Source: Azolla caroliniana
Lineage: Eukaryota > Plantae > Polypodiophyta
Direction of reading: 5' to 3'
Assembly: GCA_043228905.1 (NCBI GenBank)
Contig: JBHGNT010000003.1
Coordinates: 12,028,001-12,092,000, forward strand
Length of the DNA stretch: 64,000 nucleotides
The notes under the pieces were generated by a model, which was given only the letters and a program-made list of their open reading frames with translations, had not been told where the DNA came from and did no database searches. Made by a program: the position numbers and the translations under genes. This document shows, piece by piece, positions 21,754 to 36,826 of this stretch (position 1 is its first letter; every line of letters starts with the position of its first letter).

Positions 21754-24700
21754 TTAGCTGTTAAATCGAACACTGCGACTGATGGCAGTCCGTATTCCAG
21801 ATGTTTCTCCACCATAAGCTCCATTCAGCAACTTGACTTCTCGAACCTGTCCTTTCCGTCGGATTACAGCCTTTTCATGTTTCAACTGCATAAACAAACA
21901 CTCCATAACACATAAGCAAGCAACATATATGACAATAAGAATCTAAGACTAACATGCAGATAGCTCTTTCATAGACTTCTAATAAACAGAATTGTAACCA
22001 CACCCATGTAAAATTGTGAAGGCACCATATAGACTTCTAAAGACAACCATATAGACTTCTAATGACAAATTATATGGAATTCTAAAGACAATCATATAAC
22101 CTTGTATTTTTTCCTTGGATTCTTTGTCAATTTCTTCCTATGAGGTGTAAGACCCTTGTTCTTTTCCATCTGCAAGTTCCGCAAAAACAGATTGGATTAT
22201 TGAAGATGATCTATATTTGTTTGAAAAAGCTCGATCACAAAACGATGTAGATGTTTTTACCTGATATGTTATATGGCGTTTTCCAACCTCCTCCTCAACC
22301 ACTGGTTCTGGCATTGGTGTTCTGGAGGCACCAGTAGGAAAGAAAAATGAAAACATTTACTTTTTAACCATTATCTTTACAATTAGTACAAACGACTCGT
22401 TGATTCAGTTTCAGAGTTCTCTTTCTTTGCAATGAGCATATACAGAGAACAATTAATTGCCTGAGATTTGTCTTTTGTTTAGCTGCCAGTTTTGCCACTT
22501 TAAGGCGCTTTGCTTGTTCATAAAATTCATCCTCTTCCAACTGCAAGTGTCCTTGTTCATTTGCGTCATCTGAATCCTCAGGACGTAAAGGTATCCTCTG
22601 TACCTCATGTTTTCTTCTTCTTTCTCCAAGTTCCTCTCGTGCAGGAAGATCCATATCTCCTGAAGCAATCTATCCAATAGAAAATACACATTGAATTATA
22701 AAACCTCAGAAATGTATCAGAATAGAATAGAAATGGAAGAAAAACAATGATATCTTATACCTGCTATGCTTTAACAAACACATTCAAAGATCAAACTATT
22801 CAATATTATGTACGATCATATGATCTGAGGGACCGTTTTGACATCCACCTCAAAGAGATAATAAGCAGTTAGTATGATGAATTCAGATTTGATGACTTTC
22901 TTAGTGAGGTTTTGGCAACTCACAGGTAAGTACATAATATGCATTAACATTTTATGTAAATCACAAATATCCAGCTAATAGGAAATTCCATAGCAACAAA
23001 AAGCCTTACCTAATTTACCCACATATGATATCATGAATTTATAATGGAACTTCCTAGCTTTTTTTTTTTATGGTAAAGTAGAAGACCAACATGAATATTT
23101 GTCACATTGAAAGGAGCAACCAGAAAATGTTTTTTAATCTACAAATGCTTCCAAAGGGAGAATGCCTTTAACAACCAAGTATTCTCACCTTGAGATAAAA
23201 TTAGAAAAAATCTAAAATCAGCGAATGTCATGAGATAGTACTCACTTTCAACTGAGAAAATAAATTTGACATTTTGTTTAGATTTGGAGACTCTGCTACA
23301 TAACTTACCACTTCAAATTTCCAATAAGCCAAAATTACAATAAATTCGAAAGTAGCTTTACAATAGAATGAAATCAACAAGTACTTACATGTTTCCTTTT
23401 CTTGCGCACTTTATTACTGATTATCTTATGTAATGATTTATTGTCAGGAAGAATCTCATCCTCCTCACTGCAATGGCATATAACATAATTTCAGATTATT
23501 GGCATACTAACAATGTAAATTTTTCTAATAGAACACTTGCCAAGAAGTTAATACGTTGGTTCCCCCATTCTTCACAGATTTTGTTCGATTATCTACCTCA
23601 AAATGAACCATCTCCTGCAGAAAGATCATTGATCACATAAACACAACATCGATCCAGTTAGATATTACTGTGCCACCTCTCCTTTCTTCAGGTAAATCTA
23701 TCTCATCACAATGAGGGATAAGAATGTAGAGGTAAAGAAAAATCACAATTGTGAACAATGCACATTATATGGATTTTATGGTTCTTTGCATGCCTCTCAT
23801 GGTCTTCTATTTCTCTCTGGAACAATGACTGGATCCATAAATAAGATGGTTTACACTACATTTCTTTCTGTGAGGAACTAAGCTGTATTTTGGGAGTCCA
23901 AAAAGGAAGCGACAGCAATTGACAGAGACTAATGGAATATGACATGTTCAGCCAGATATAATAAAGTTCTTAGTTTATGTCGCTAGTAAAATGAAGCAAA
24001 GCATAGTCCCTGGATTACAAAAAGAACAAAGAATGAGATGATATATATATGAGCATAGAAATACACTAAAAGCAGTTCATAAAACAATAAAAATATGTAC
24101 AGCATATTTGAAAGGCTTCGGTAAAAGCAGGAAAAAAAGCAGAGCTTCTAAAAACAATGAATGCAGAAGTTCTAAACGTTAGAATAGAATATATGAACTG
24201 AAATTGCAAATATTAGTGCTTGGCTACATTCCTTCATTAATCTCCATCACCTATGGTATCTCAGATCCAGGCAAAGGCATCGAGAAAATTAGTTTCTTGT
24301 CTTTGTATTATCATTTACAAGGATTACTGGAATCCTCTATTTCGGTTTGGTTAACGTCAAATTAGCAAAACATTAGTCCTGCTGGTAATCTTTCCAATTC
24401 ACACCCTCGTTCAAAGTTCAAATGGTAATCTATCAATCAAAGCAAATGACAAATTTCTGCATACACATTCCGACTTCTTTGCAGACTTAATGTTGGCCCA
24501 ATTCCCATTTGGCAATGTCCTTTTAAGAGTTTGTGTGTCTTCATCTTTTCTTTGTAATGATGTTTGCTGCTGTTTTAATGACCCTTCATTTTCCTGTGAT
24601 TGATTAAAGAAGTACAATAGAAGGTCTTAATTGGCAGTTGAAATCCATTGCACAGAAATGGTGAACTCTATCATCTGCACTTACTTTAGCCATCTGCTGC

Positions 24701-27700
24701 ATAACTACCGCAATAATTGATTTATTATTCACATCACCATTATTGATTGTTCCTTTCATCCCAAGAGACTCGATATTCAAATTCATGAGTTCAGATATCT
24801 GAGTCTGCAGCTTCTTGTCTATTGGTTGCAACTAAGAAAAAGAAATGTATTGATCAGTAAACCAAAAGTAAACATAATTAGCAGAAATAGAAGCACAAAT
24901 ATTCACCTTCTCTAAGAGAGTTCGGATATCCACAAGGCGTGCAATTACTGGATGGTCACGAACAGACCTTCCTTCTGCCTTCATATGCAGGTAGAAAACA
25001 ATTGCTTGAATATATGATAGCAATAATATGCGTTTTGTCTCAAGAAATAGATGTCCTTCTCTGCTTGCAGTATCACTTCTTTTTATCTGCTTCCAGGAAA
25101 GTAAAAACAATTAGATTATTTCAATATTGGTATATATAACAAATCCTAATACTCGTTAAGAATGCAAATATAAATTATGACAAGTCAAATTTTCCAATGG
25201 TTTTTGCATCCCAATTCCATATTGTACCACAGGTTGGATTCCTTTACATGATTAACTCAAAATACATACAAACACAACAACCAGCATATTGAAATCTACC
25301 TTCTCTAATAGTGGCTCAACTTTTTTATGCAGGATATCCAAGCTTTCCCTCAACTCAGCAAGCAGCCCAACTAGTTCAGGTGCATCACTATCAAAGACAA
25401 TCTCCATATCAATTAAGCAGATGGCTCCAAAGAATAAAAATGAGAAAAGAGTCTCTGAGCAATGCATACCTCATGACAACATTCATTTGCTCTTCTTTTG
25501 ATAAAGCACTGACATCCTTTTTAACTTCTTCAATCAAGATATTTACATCTTCTGATGATACACCAATCCTCCATCCTTTAGGGATAGTGCTCTTGTCACT
25601 TTTTGATTCTCGTCTCTCAACGACTTCCTAGAAATAGTCATTAACAACATCCTAATAGGCTTAAATACAGAGTGACCTCATAATTCAAAAATGAAATTAA
25701 GAATAGATAGATTGAAACATATGTTCAGTGTATCTGTTCAAAGAATAAGTAGAAATACATGCAGATATGTGCAAGTCTATGGGTTATTTTTTCTCATGTG
25801 TTGTGTCAAGTGACCATCCAGAATGGACTGCCAATTTCAAAGTATATTGGGGTGATGACCTCATATACATAAATGGACTGGCATTCTGATCACACTGTGC
25901 GCAACAATCCGAGAAAGTGGAAGGACATTGCTTCCGACTTCCCTGTAAAGATGGTTGTGGTATTTTGCCATTGTCAGGTTGTCTGGAGTTGATCAAGACA
26001 TTCCAGTTTTGGTCTACTGTACACCTTCATATGCTCGATGCTCACCAAGTTCACTCAAAATGCTTCAAGTTGAATTTGTTGCCACAGATATCCAGCAGTG
26101 TTTTGCTTGGTCATATATCCACTTTTACAAGTTCCACCCTAAAACCAGCAACTTTTGGTCTATGTCATGATTATGACTTGCCAAATACAATGTTTCCAAT
26201 TACATGAACCTCACAAGTTGAGGGTTCTGAAAATTTGTACCCCCTCTGCTCAAGTGAATAACCCAAAAAGATGTCCTTTTCAATCTTTGGATCTAGCTTC
26301 GTCTGTACTTTGTGCCATAGATGCACACAAGCTACACTGCTGGACACTTTGCAGTGTAACAAGTTTGACTTCTTTAGAACTGCTATTGCATGGCCATATT
26401 GTGAAGTCCAGCAGTTAGGCATCACAGAAGTGAACAAGACTTCCATCCAGTACATGTGAGGCATGTGCTTCTCTTCACCACAGCATTCTTGCACTCCAAT
26501 GGCAAGGCACTGATTCAACAGATAGACAATCATCAGCACCTCTTCCACCTAATACATTTGCAGCAGATTCCAAATCATTGGAGAAATCTTCATGAAGGTA
26601 ATGTAGCACTGATGATATTCCCTGAATGTTGCGATCTACACAGATACCATCCGTTTGACTGGATAATGTCCAAGTGTCCACTATTTATACTCTGGTTTTA
26701 TGAAACAAATGGTAGTGTTGCCTTCTATATTGGCATGTTTCACACACATTGGATATCTGATTTTACTTGAAGTTTGGTATGGGAGTTCACTCACAACTCC
26801 TATTTTCTATATAGCCCACAATTTTTGAAGGTTCCTGCAGCCAATCTTCTGGTAGCACATTTCGAAGTCAGACACAGCCTTCTGACCCTCTGCATGGCAG
26901 ATGTAACATTTTTGTCGTCAAGGATGAACATCGGCCCTTCTCTTCATCCGAGGGCTACTAATTGGCAATCCTATCTACCTTTCACTATTAAAGGTTGGTG
27001 TCACATGCCTAGAACATAAAGAGAGAACTAAGTAAATGAGATTGAGGAATAATTTGGAAGGCAAGTAAAATTGTCATGGTCTAGATGTGATAGAAAGACA
27101 ATCATGCAAACCAGATTCATGAAGGATTTAGCTACTTAGAAATACTTTGTGAAAAAAGAAGGCAACTCCAGACTGAGGAGGTAATCAGGTCAAGGCGAGC
27201 ACCATGAGTAACCTCAAAGTGACAAAGGCTGAAACTGTGGCAACAAACTTTTCTGAGGATAAACCAATGGTCTATCAATCAGGAGGTATGCTCCACTTTA
27301 ATGTATTTCCCAAACACCCATGGGTATGCATACGCGTCTGTATGTGTTTGAATATGCAAATCTGTATGTGCATGTGTATGTGTATGCATATAGACTATAC
27401 ACACTATTTCGTTTATTTCTGCTAGGGAGAATGGACTCTCTATTTCCAACAAGGCTTCTCATACACATTGAGACATTAACAATATAGCAATAGCACAAGA
27501 CCAACGATATATACATTATACAACTTTCACAGATCCAATGAACGTAGAAATCTATATTTCTTTTCAAACAAAGAAATATGTACCTGAAGTGATCTCTCAT
27601 TTTCATCAGGCACACCATCTGCCACATCATCTTCCTCATCAGATAACTCAAAGTCTTCAGGCCGAAGAGACGCTGCTTTTAGGCGCTGCAGCCTAAGAGC

Positions 27701-29963
27701 CTCAGCCTCCTCTTCTACAGGTGCCTCTTCATCACTTGATTGTAACTGCAATAATTAAGTATCACAAAAATAACAAGACGTACATTTTAGCATATGTATA
27801 ACTGACTTATCGCTATCTGCTCTTACCTACAGTTCTTTCATATGTAAATGCACTTGTTTTCTGGAGTAGATCCTAGACTATTGACAACTCGGCATGGAAC
27901 ATCCATGTATTAGAACCATATAGAGAAATAAGTCTATAGAAATAGAAAAATATGTAGAGTTCTCTCTATATATGTACGCTCCAATGTTATGAAATAGTTG
28001 GCTCCTTTTTAACATGCTTGAAGACATAATATACTATGTCAAGAAAGTGGATGCAAAGAAACAGGAAGGATGCTTACAATATGGCTGCATCACATGCTAA
28101 AATATGCAGATAATCGTGTATGTTATTGTTTACCATCGTCAATCATGCTCACCTCATAGTCAACATTATCAGCACTATAATACATTTTCTTCCGCTTGCC
28201 CCATGGCGCCTTTTTGTCATTCTTTTCCTCCCCTTCCTCCTCATCCTCTTCATCCACCATCAAACTTGTTCTCTGTCTCAAGAGCTTCGCTTGTTTAGCC
28301 ACTGTGATACAGGGAAATTCAGCAACCATTCTACCAGAACAACCATGATTACATGAAAATAAATATTGATCCACACCAAGTTGACAAATATGCAACTAAT
28401 TAAATCCGCAAAAATGCTATGTGATATGAAGTTTGAGGATTTATTTAACTTTCATCTAGAAAGAATATAACATGATTTAAAGAGTGGGCAATGTAGCCAG
28501 TCCTTTTAAGCAAATGATATGACTTTACTTTTAGCTGCAAGGCCAGAAAGTTGTTCCTCATCCAGCTCATCATCATCAGTTACCTGAAGGAGAAGTCGGA
28601 GTTACTAAAAGATAAGTGAAAACAAAGAATATGGCTAACAATTAACAAAAAACCGCACCACATCATCGTCTTCACTGCTTTCCCCCTGCATACAAGGAAG
28701 GAGAACATTATTGTTTTCTAGAAACATTATTATTAAAAATGACAAAACTTTGATAAACAAGAACGATTACCTTCAAATTAAAGACAGGTTGTTCCATGTC
28801 ACCTTCTGATAGCTCTAGAACCAAAAAGAACAAAAAGTTTAAAAGTGCAACAAACAAACAAAAACAAATGCTTTTAATGTGATTTCATGGACTATCTTCT
28901 TTATCCATATTATGCTTTTCTTAATTTGAAATATATGACATGACGAAATGTGATAACAGAAATACCAATTTGAAAAAGATAACAGAGGGAGAAAACAACA
29001 ACCATTATGAACATAGAAGAGATTGCTTTATAGATACATAGAAGATAAGGGGTTGATCATTCAAATTAATGTGGTATATCCAACGGATCCATATATATTT
29101 TAAACAGTAGACTCGTATGGGTTGGAGAAAACAAATAAGGAGAACCTGTAGTGACAATGAAATCCATAGGGATTTGATGACCATGTTTAAAGGTAAAAGC
29201 TAAGCTCATCATCTCTATAGACAATACAATGATATGTCTATTCACCAATGATGTTTTAACTTCATTCCTATTTACGAGTTTCAAACAAGGGTGTGAGTAA
29301 AATGAGATTACATGGACAGATGCATAGTGTTAGATTGTTACTCTCCTATTCTAGCAAAACATAATATTTAATCATAATCCTCTAAGAGAGCTTTGTGAGC
29401 AAATTGCTAACTTCAATTCCTATTTGTGAGCATGAACAAGGGTGGGAAGAGTAAAACATTGGTCCAGTTTCGAGCTTGAGAATTGGGGAATGATTATAAA
29501 GGGAATGAAATTCAACAATAACCTATGAAGTCTTCATGAATGGCTATGTATTTTCTCATAATTTGTTGTTATTTCATCCATCAATAGCGATTAATGCATG
29601 AAAAGGAAATTGGTTGAGCAGCGAACAAATACAATTAGAGAACCATACCATTGTCGTCATCGACATCCAACAATATCTTGTCAGTCCCTTTGTGAACTAA
29701 AACACGACCATACAAATACAATATAGAAAAAAAAAATCATAAGATATACAGAAAGAAAGCAGAGTAAAATAAAGAAAATCAACCTCAAAAGATTCCACGT
29801 TGAAGAAAAAGACCAAATAGAAATGAGCTTTACACTTATCGATGTCGTCATCGAGATCCTCAGTGAATGCATCCGCGTTAGCAGTGTGTGAAAGTCTGCC
29901 TTTCTTCTTCCCGAAAGGAGGACCACCCAGCTGATGCTTCCTCTGTCCACCACGACGAGCCAT
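21754..29963 (-). CDS. UTP3: Something about silencing 10 / U3 snoRNA-associated protein 3 (SSU processome), 18 coding exons, ~646 aa
   Basis: Exons 29834-29963, 29649-29696, 28771-28814, 28659-28685, 28529-28583, 28153-28301, 27584-27745, 25470-25627, 25300-25387, 24907-25086, 24685-24831, 24465-24593, 23541-23614, 23389-23467, 22461-22669, 22261-22321, 22101-22169 and 21754-21885 splice into one open frame. Motifs: DDIDKFHK, WGKRKKMYYSADN, DAPELVGLL, DHPVIARLV, KRHITYQMEKNKGLTPHRKKLTKNPRKKYK, YGGETSGI. Confidence 0.92.
25800..27010 (-). mobile_element. Old copia fragment in intron 7 of SAS10/UTP3
   Basis: KVQTKLDPKIEKDIFLGYSLEQRGYKF integrase C-terminal motif; heavily frameshifted; boundaries approximate. 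Confidence 0.65.
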
Positions 29964-30187
29964 TCGAGAAACTCGCCTTTCTTTCACCCAACCCAACAGG
30001 GCAGAGGAGGGGAGGGGCCACAAATTCTCACACTCCCTAAATTCTCTTCTCTGTAGGCGCTGCTGAACACACACGAACACAGAGAGCACAGAGAGACAGA
30101 GACAGAGAGAGGTCGAAAGAAAGAGACGGGATTTATCGAGAGGGTTATAAGTTATATACAGAGAGGAAAAGGGTTACCCGGTTTGTT

Positions 30188-30417
30188 TGTTGTTTTTTAA
30201 TACACAAGTGACAATACATACATACATTGACATACATACATACATACATGAAAACACACACTCTCCTCAGTGGTATCCCAACCGAACCGACCGGGACACA
30301 CTCCCGAACTCAACTGGGACTCGCCAAAGAAGGGGCCCACTCCACTCCACTCCACCCCACTCCCAGAGAAGGTCCCACATTGGGTTGGAGGTGCAGCCAC
30401 AGGGTAGCCCAACAACA
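30188..30417. repeat. Short LTR-like segment upstream of SAS10/UTP3
   Basis: TGTTGTT...AACAACA inverted termini; no TSD found. Confidence 0.3.
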
Positions 30418-30419
30418 GC

Positions 30420-31198
30420 CACCCATCGCGCACAAAGTGATAATGCACTTCTATTTGCTTCGTGCGAGCATGGAAAACGGGGTTATTGACCAGCTGCATG
30501 CTACTGATATTGTCGTAGTAGATCGGGATCAGAGTGGGAACTTCGACGCGTAAGTCCTGTAGCAGCTACCAAAGCCATATAGCTTCACATGTAACGATGG
30601 TGGCTCCTATATACTCAAGCTCAGTGCTCGACAAGGCCATTGTCGGCTGCTTCTTGTTGTTCCACACTACAACCGCGCTTCTGAGAGAAAACATGAAACC
30701 TGATGTCGACCAACGATCCGACGCATCTCCGGGCCCAATCAACATCATTATAGCCGACTAATAGCTCGTGTTATACCGTGTCGGTACAACAGTTCTCTCG
30801 CGGACTTCCCCCAACTTCGTCATGTACGCATAATGGTGCGACATGTACTCGTTATAACCATACCGCATCACCGGCTTCTTGTGGTGAGTCGATCGACGGA
30901 TCTTCTCATTCGCCGATTTTATGGCTCCCTTGGCCACCTCTAATCTCAAATCTTGAGGTCTGTCTTCACTCCGGTTGGTGTCAGATTCTCTCTGATCCGA
31001 TGCACCTTCGTCTGTGTCGTGCTCCGGCATCTTCATCTTCCCCTTCTCTTTACACGTGAACCGTCTCCTCGGTTCCTTGCGCGGGGACTGCACGACCAAG
31101 TCATCACTGCTCGTCGGCTCTTCATTCGACTGGCCATTCCGACTCGGTCCCTTATGCGGCCCACTTAGCTAAAATGAGATTGGACTCTCTTCCAGAGC
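30420..31198 (-). mobile_element. Deleted family B copia fragment (IN-RT linker fused to RNase H)
   Basis: YGYNEYMSHHYAYMTK, STSGFMFSL...KKQPTMALSSTELEY and NPVFHARTKQIEVHYHFVR. Confidence 0.85.
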
Positions 31199-34100
31199 TA
31201 GCAATGGGCGTGGTTCGTTTTCGGTTCGGTTCAGTTTCTTGACCTTGAAACCAAACCAAACCATTTTAAATTTTTGAAGCCATTTAAACCAAACCGTTTA
31301 ATAGGTAGGAGAAACCAAACCGTTTACGTAAAATGTAGAACCAAACTAAACCGATTTATCAAAAATCAAAACCAAACCGATTTATCAAAAATCAAAACCA
31401 AACCAAACCAAATTGTTTTGGACATAATCCAACCAACATGAAACTATAAATTGAACCAAATCAAAGACTAGAACACTATAAAATAACAGAAATTTACAAC
31501 ACATTTTCTGATAATTGCTAATTTGTGAAAAATGATAATATATAATATAAAAAGATAAATGTTTTTTGGAATGATAACAAAAATCCATACAATAGAGTTC
31601 AAACTTCAAATCTATATATGTAACAATCCATATTTGTAACTTAAGAACAACAATCCATATAATAGAGTTCCAAATCCATAGGACCACATATGTAAACTTA
31701 ATCCAGCTTTTTGTTTCCAATGTTTGAATAAGGGATTCCTGAAAGTATAAAATACGCAAAAGAATTTAGTAATTCGTAATAACAAATTTAAAGAATCGAA
31801 TAAAAAACAAAATAGTAAACAATATGTAATAAAAATTACAATGACTTTGAAGATCTCCAATTGCAACCACTATTGTCATTAACTTGTCAAAAATCAACAT
31901 GATTCCTGTACATATATAATACATAAAAACAAGTAAGTAATTATTAATAAAAATATTTTAAGTAAAGACTCAAATAAAAAACAACCAAGTAACAAGTATG
32001 CACAACTTGATTTTCCTTTGAATATCATGTAATATGTAATCTATTACCTCGTCTTCAGCAACAAGATCATCCAAATTTATTGTTAGTTCTGCATAAGTGG
32101 TGTGAAAATTATCTATCAACTGAACATTACATTCTTTTAAAACATCCATTCATGATCGAATGCACATTTCAACTTTGAAAGTGCATGAATGTAGTTTGAT
32201 CATGTTATCAAAGGTCATTTTTGTTGCTGAATTAGCCTCTTCAGCAGGTACTAATGATGCTGGTATAATGAGGTAATCACATGCCATCCTATATAGTGAA
32301 GGCATTGTAGATTTATTATCATTCCACCATTGTAAAGGATCCTTGTCCGTGCCAACCGAAGGAAGTCTCATAAAGTGCTCAATTTCTTACCGTGAATCAG
32401 AAACAAGACTTTTATTATTTACACCCATTAACCTCCAAAATTTAGAGTTCTTATCATTTTCATGTATTGTGGTTGAAGCCGAAGGAGGTTCAACATCACT
32501 CGTGAATGAGTGATAATGGGACTCAATCATGCTTTCAACCAACTTAATATCTATGATTATTTGGAAGAGGCAATCTATAAAACAAATAAAACGGTTTTAA
32601 ACTCTAATAAAAAATCAGAAATCATGATGACAATTGTACGACATAAAGGTAAGCATTACCTGGGATCAAGAAACATTGTTATGCGAGATGGAATAGACTT
32701 TAACGATTCTTGATACTTGATTAAATATTGTAAGCAGTTCTCAAACGCTCTTTGAAGCACCTCTTGTGTGAATCTAGATGATCCTAGAAGCGAAGAATCT
32801 AAAAATTGATTGCAATGATTTAGTAAACAATTATATGCTAGTGATGCTAGTGATAATGTGGGATATCTTGACCCTCCTAGAAAAGTAGAAACCTCGGTCG
32901 GTGTATCTAGCCAATTCCTCCATGGCATGTATGTGACTCCAATCTTCTCTAGTTAAGACATAACCATTGAAATCACTTGATATTGTTAAATTTGAAATTG
33001 TAAAATTCAATACATCTCTATCCTTGATAGCTTGCCTAAACATTTCCAAGGTAGAATTCCATCTTGTAACAACATCAAGCCTTGGGGGTTCCTTTCATGA
33101 TGTTCAACCATCCTAGCATACTTCCTAAACACTTCCCTTCGAACCTTGCTATATCTAATAGTATGGAGCACTGTTCTCAACTTTTTTGTTGACGGTGAGA
33201 TAACCTCTAATGTTGCCTTGAAACCCAATTGAAAAGTGTGTACCATACATCTTAACATATGTGATGGAGCCAAAATTTCCTTACCATGCTCATCTTGTAA
33301 TAACATGCTCAACTCCTTTGCAGCTACTTGTGCATCACTCACTCCATAAAAAATTGTAGCTAAGAGGCGACTAGAAATATCAAAGGATCGAAGTCGAGCA
33401 AAGAGGGCATGTGCACAACGCTTCCCTGATCCAACACTTGGAAATACATGCACAAAATCCAATAACATTGACCTCGAGCTTGCTGTCTCATGACATGCCC
33501 AATGAAGTGTCATTGAGTAGAAGCCCTTTAGACTACTATTTGACCAACCATCAAAAGTTATGGAAAATCTTGATTGGCATTTCGATAGCAAATCTATCAC
33601 CTGATGGCGCAACCCCACATACATTTCTAGGATGGAACGCTTAATCGTGCGTCTTGTCTTTACTTGATATTTGGGTACAATTTGTTGTATGAACTCCTTA
33701 AATTCAGGTGATTCCACATGTGCATGGGGTAATGTTCCCTTCACAATATACTTCGTGATGGCACCATCAATTTTCTTCGCTAAAACATGAGATACTTTAG
33801 CAGACTAAATTGAAGATTGAATGTGTTGTGATATACTTGATTTTTGGTCTGGGTCGCTTGATAAACGATGATTTTCTACTAAATGCTTGGCTATAGTGCC
33901 TGTGGATGTTGTAGAAGACCAACAAACGTGGCAATGATGGCATCGTCGTCAAGGTGTACCATTATCCATATAAAATATGATGTGAGCATCTGTCCATGAT
34001 GTGCGTTGCCTTTTTCTTGAGCTACTTATTGACCCACAACTAACATTAATTGAAGATGAGTCCATTGCAGCATTAGTTTGAGATGATGATTCCATTTTAT

Positions 34101-34660
34101 GGTGTTCCTATAAAATTCAATTAGCTCAATTAGCACATTTCAAATACATGATAATGAGATAAGTAAATGAAGTAGAAAGTTTGCTAAGTTAGCTAAGAAC
34201 AAAAAAACAACCATTATGACCAATGGCAAACATTCTGCAAGACCATAATTCCAATTTGTTATAAACACTTCAAAGAAAGAAAGACATGTTAACATAGAAA
34301 GATACATTGTTACACTTCAGAGAAAGAAAGATATGTAAACACTTCAATTAGCACATTAGAAGGTATGGGAGTAAACTTTTATGAAATTATTAAGCATAAA
34401 CACTATTTGTGTAAAAGTTACACGTCAAGAAATGAACATGCACTTAGTGTCGATCTTATGTTATGATAATTTCTCAATCATTTAACAACAATTATCAATT
34501 GGATTGGTTATCCCTGCATTACAATGTAGTCATCTTATAATTTTAATGACCATGCCTTTTGACAACCTACTCCAAAAATACTTTGATCATCTTTCCAAAT
34601 TCCAATGATCACATTTAGGTAGATCAAAATAGAAAACTCAATGAAATGTCAATGTCTAAG
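31199..34660 (-). mobile_element. hAT DNA transposon, 3' part; interrupted by the LTR element at 34661
   Basis: TIR-like TAGCAATGGGC at 31199, subterminal AAACCG/AAACCA repeats ~31215-31460, decayed transposase. The other end is not seen in the window. Confidence 0.8.
32040..34095 (-). pseudogene. hAT transposase pseudogene (BED finger, catalytic core, hATC dimerisation domain)
   Basis: CHHC...IAKHLVENH BED finger, FSITFDGWS, RCMVHTFQL, YPTLS, FLDPR and PLQWW...MACDYLIIPASLVPAE; stops and frameshifts present. Confidence 0.9.
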
Positions 34661-36262
34661 TGAAAAGAATAGAGTGGAATATAGCTCGGCCACAACCGAG
34701 TCTTGAACACTTCCAACGAGAATCAAACACAGTAATGGGGAGTAGGGAGTGAACACACGTACACACACGAGACGATAGAGAGGACACAAGATGTTTACGT
34801 GGAAAACCCTAATAGGGAAAAACCATAGACTCCAAACTATCACTATATGAGAAAGGTACAATCAGAGACTCGGAGGCAATGACCTCGAGTTCTGTTTCTT
34901 TGCCAAGCGGCGATTACAACAGAGTATATCGCTCTGTATCTCCTCTCACTCTCTCTCTGTTCTCTCTATACAACAATTATACACATACAACAATATGACA
35001 ACAACACCACAACACACATAAAGTGATTTCCCTAAGTCATATTTATACTTATATGAACTTAGGGCTATTTACAAATATAGCCTTAATAGGCTTACTCAAC
35101 ACATTTGCAAGTATTTCTTCTCTTCCGGTTCTCACTGGGTCCTCTTCATCCATAGCCGGATCCCATCCGGAGGGACCAATTTCCCAACAATCTCCCCCTT
35201 CACTCCGGCATGGGATGTCTCGTCAGCTTGATCCGCTTTCGACACGCGTCCAGCTTGTCGGTTATCAACACCTTGGTCAACATATCTAGCCCGTTCTCCT
35301 CTGTGTGGATCTTCGTCAACATGAACTCTTGATCTTTTACTCTCTCCTGGATCCAGTGGTACCTCCGTTGGATATGTTTTGTCCGGGAATGGTAGGCCGC
35401 GTTCTTTGCAAGGTGGATGGCACTTTGACTGTCGCAATAGAGCCGATATTCCTTCTGTTGGATTCCTAGCTCTCTGATGAAGTCCTTCATCTAGATTATC
35501 TCCTTGCCGACTTCTACAACTACCATGTACTCCGCCTCCGTAGTTGACAACGCAACCGTCTTCTACAGCCTCGACTGCCATGAAATAGCTCCCCATGCAT
35601 AAGTCATGACATATCCGGATGTAGACCTGCTGGTATCCGCATCAGCCGACATATCCGAATCCATGAATCCGTCAAGCTGGGGATTACCGGAGCCGAACCG
35701 GAGGCACATTCTCGAGGTGCCTTTCAGATACCGGAGTATCCACTTGACCGGGTTCCAGTGCTCTCTTCCGGGATTGCTCATGAACCGACTGACTACTCCT
35801 ACAACGTAACCGATGTCCAGTCGGGTACACACCATCGCATACATCAAGCACCCGATAGCAGAGGCATATGGTATCTTCATCATATTCGTCTTCTCTGCCT
35901 TTGTCTTCGGGCTTTGCTTTCCGAACAACTTGCAATTTGCCGGAAGTGTCGATCCGACTGGTTTCGCCTCCGACATGTTGAATCTTTGAAGCACCTTTGT
36001 CATGTACTTCTCCTGTGACAACCACAACAACTTCTTCGACCGGTCCTGGATGATGTGCATTCGCAATATCTGTCTTGTTGGACCCTAGTCTTTCATTGAG
36101 AAGGTCCGGTTTAGAGCCTTCTTCAGCATCCGGATCTTGCGTTGGTCTCGTCTGAAGATCAACATATCATCCACATATAGGAGAAGTATCAGGAAATCTC
36201 CTCCGCCAAATTTCTTCACAAACACGTAGTGATCGGCCTGCGTCTTGCGGTACCCTTGGTTG

Positions 36263-36826
36263 TGACAGGAACTATGCGGAATAATCTTTGGCCACAACCG
36301 AGACTTAGATCACTTCAATGATAATCAAACATAGAAAGATAAGCAATGGAAGTAAGTACACAGACAGAAGAGAATGCACAGGATGTTAACGTGGAAAACC
36401 CTAAACGGGAAAAACCATGGGAGTTCACAAACTCCAACTATCACTATGTAGAGAGGAATACAACAGATGAACACAGAGGCCACGACCTCTTGCTCTCAAT
36501 ATTCGCCTGGCAGCGGTTACAACAGAGACTCACTTTGTCTCTCTCTCTCTCTCTCTTTTCCTTTGCTACGCTTTGTACAACAGTTACCCCAATAACTCTA
36601 TACAAGAATAATAACTACACAGTAATTCACGCACTGTATGCCCTAGGTCATATTTATACTAATATGACTTTTGGGCTATTTACAAATATAGCCCCAGTGG
36701 GCTCTCTGGAACATATTTACATATATGTCCCTTCATCCGGTGAGAACCTCCTGCAACATCCAGTTCTCACCGGGCCTTCATCATCCGGGTACTCATATCC
36801 TATCCGGAGGGACCGAAATCCTAACA
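36263..36826 (-). mobile_element. Solo LTR (family A-like) inserted in RT
   Basis: TG...CA termini, TSD GGTTG/GGTCG; removal restores FMTDQGYRKTQADH. Confidence 0.88.

Noticed and set aside
8409-29963. NOP16 plus SAS10/UTP3 as a ribosome-biogenesis gene cluster
   Set aside because: The NOP16 copy is a disabled cargo inside a mobile element; the adjacency is most simply chance.
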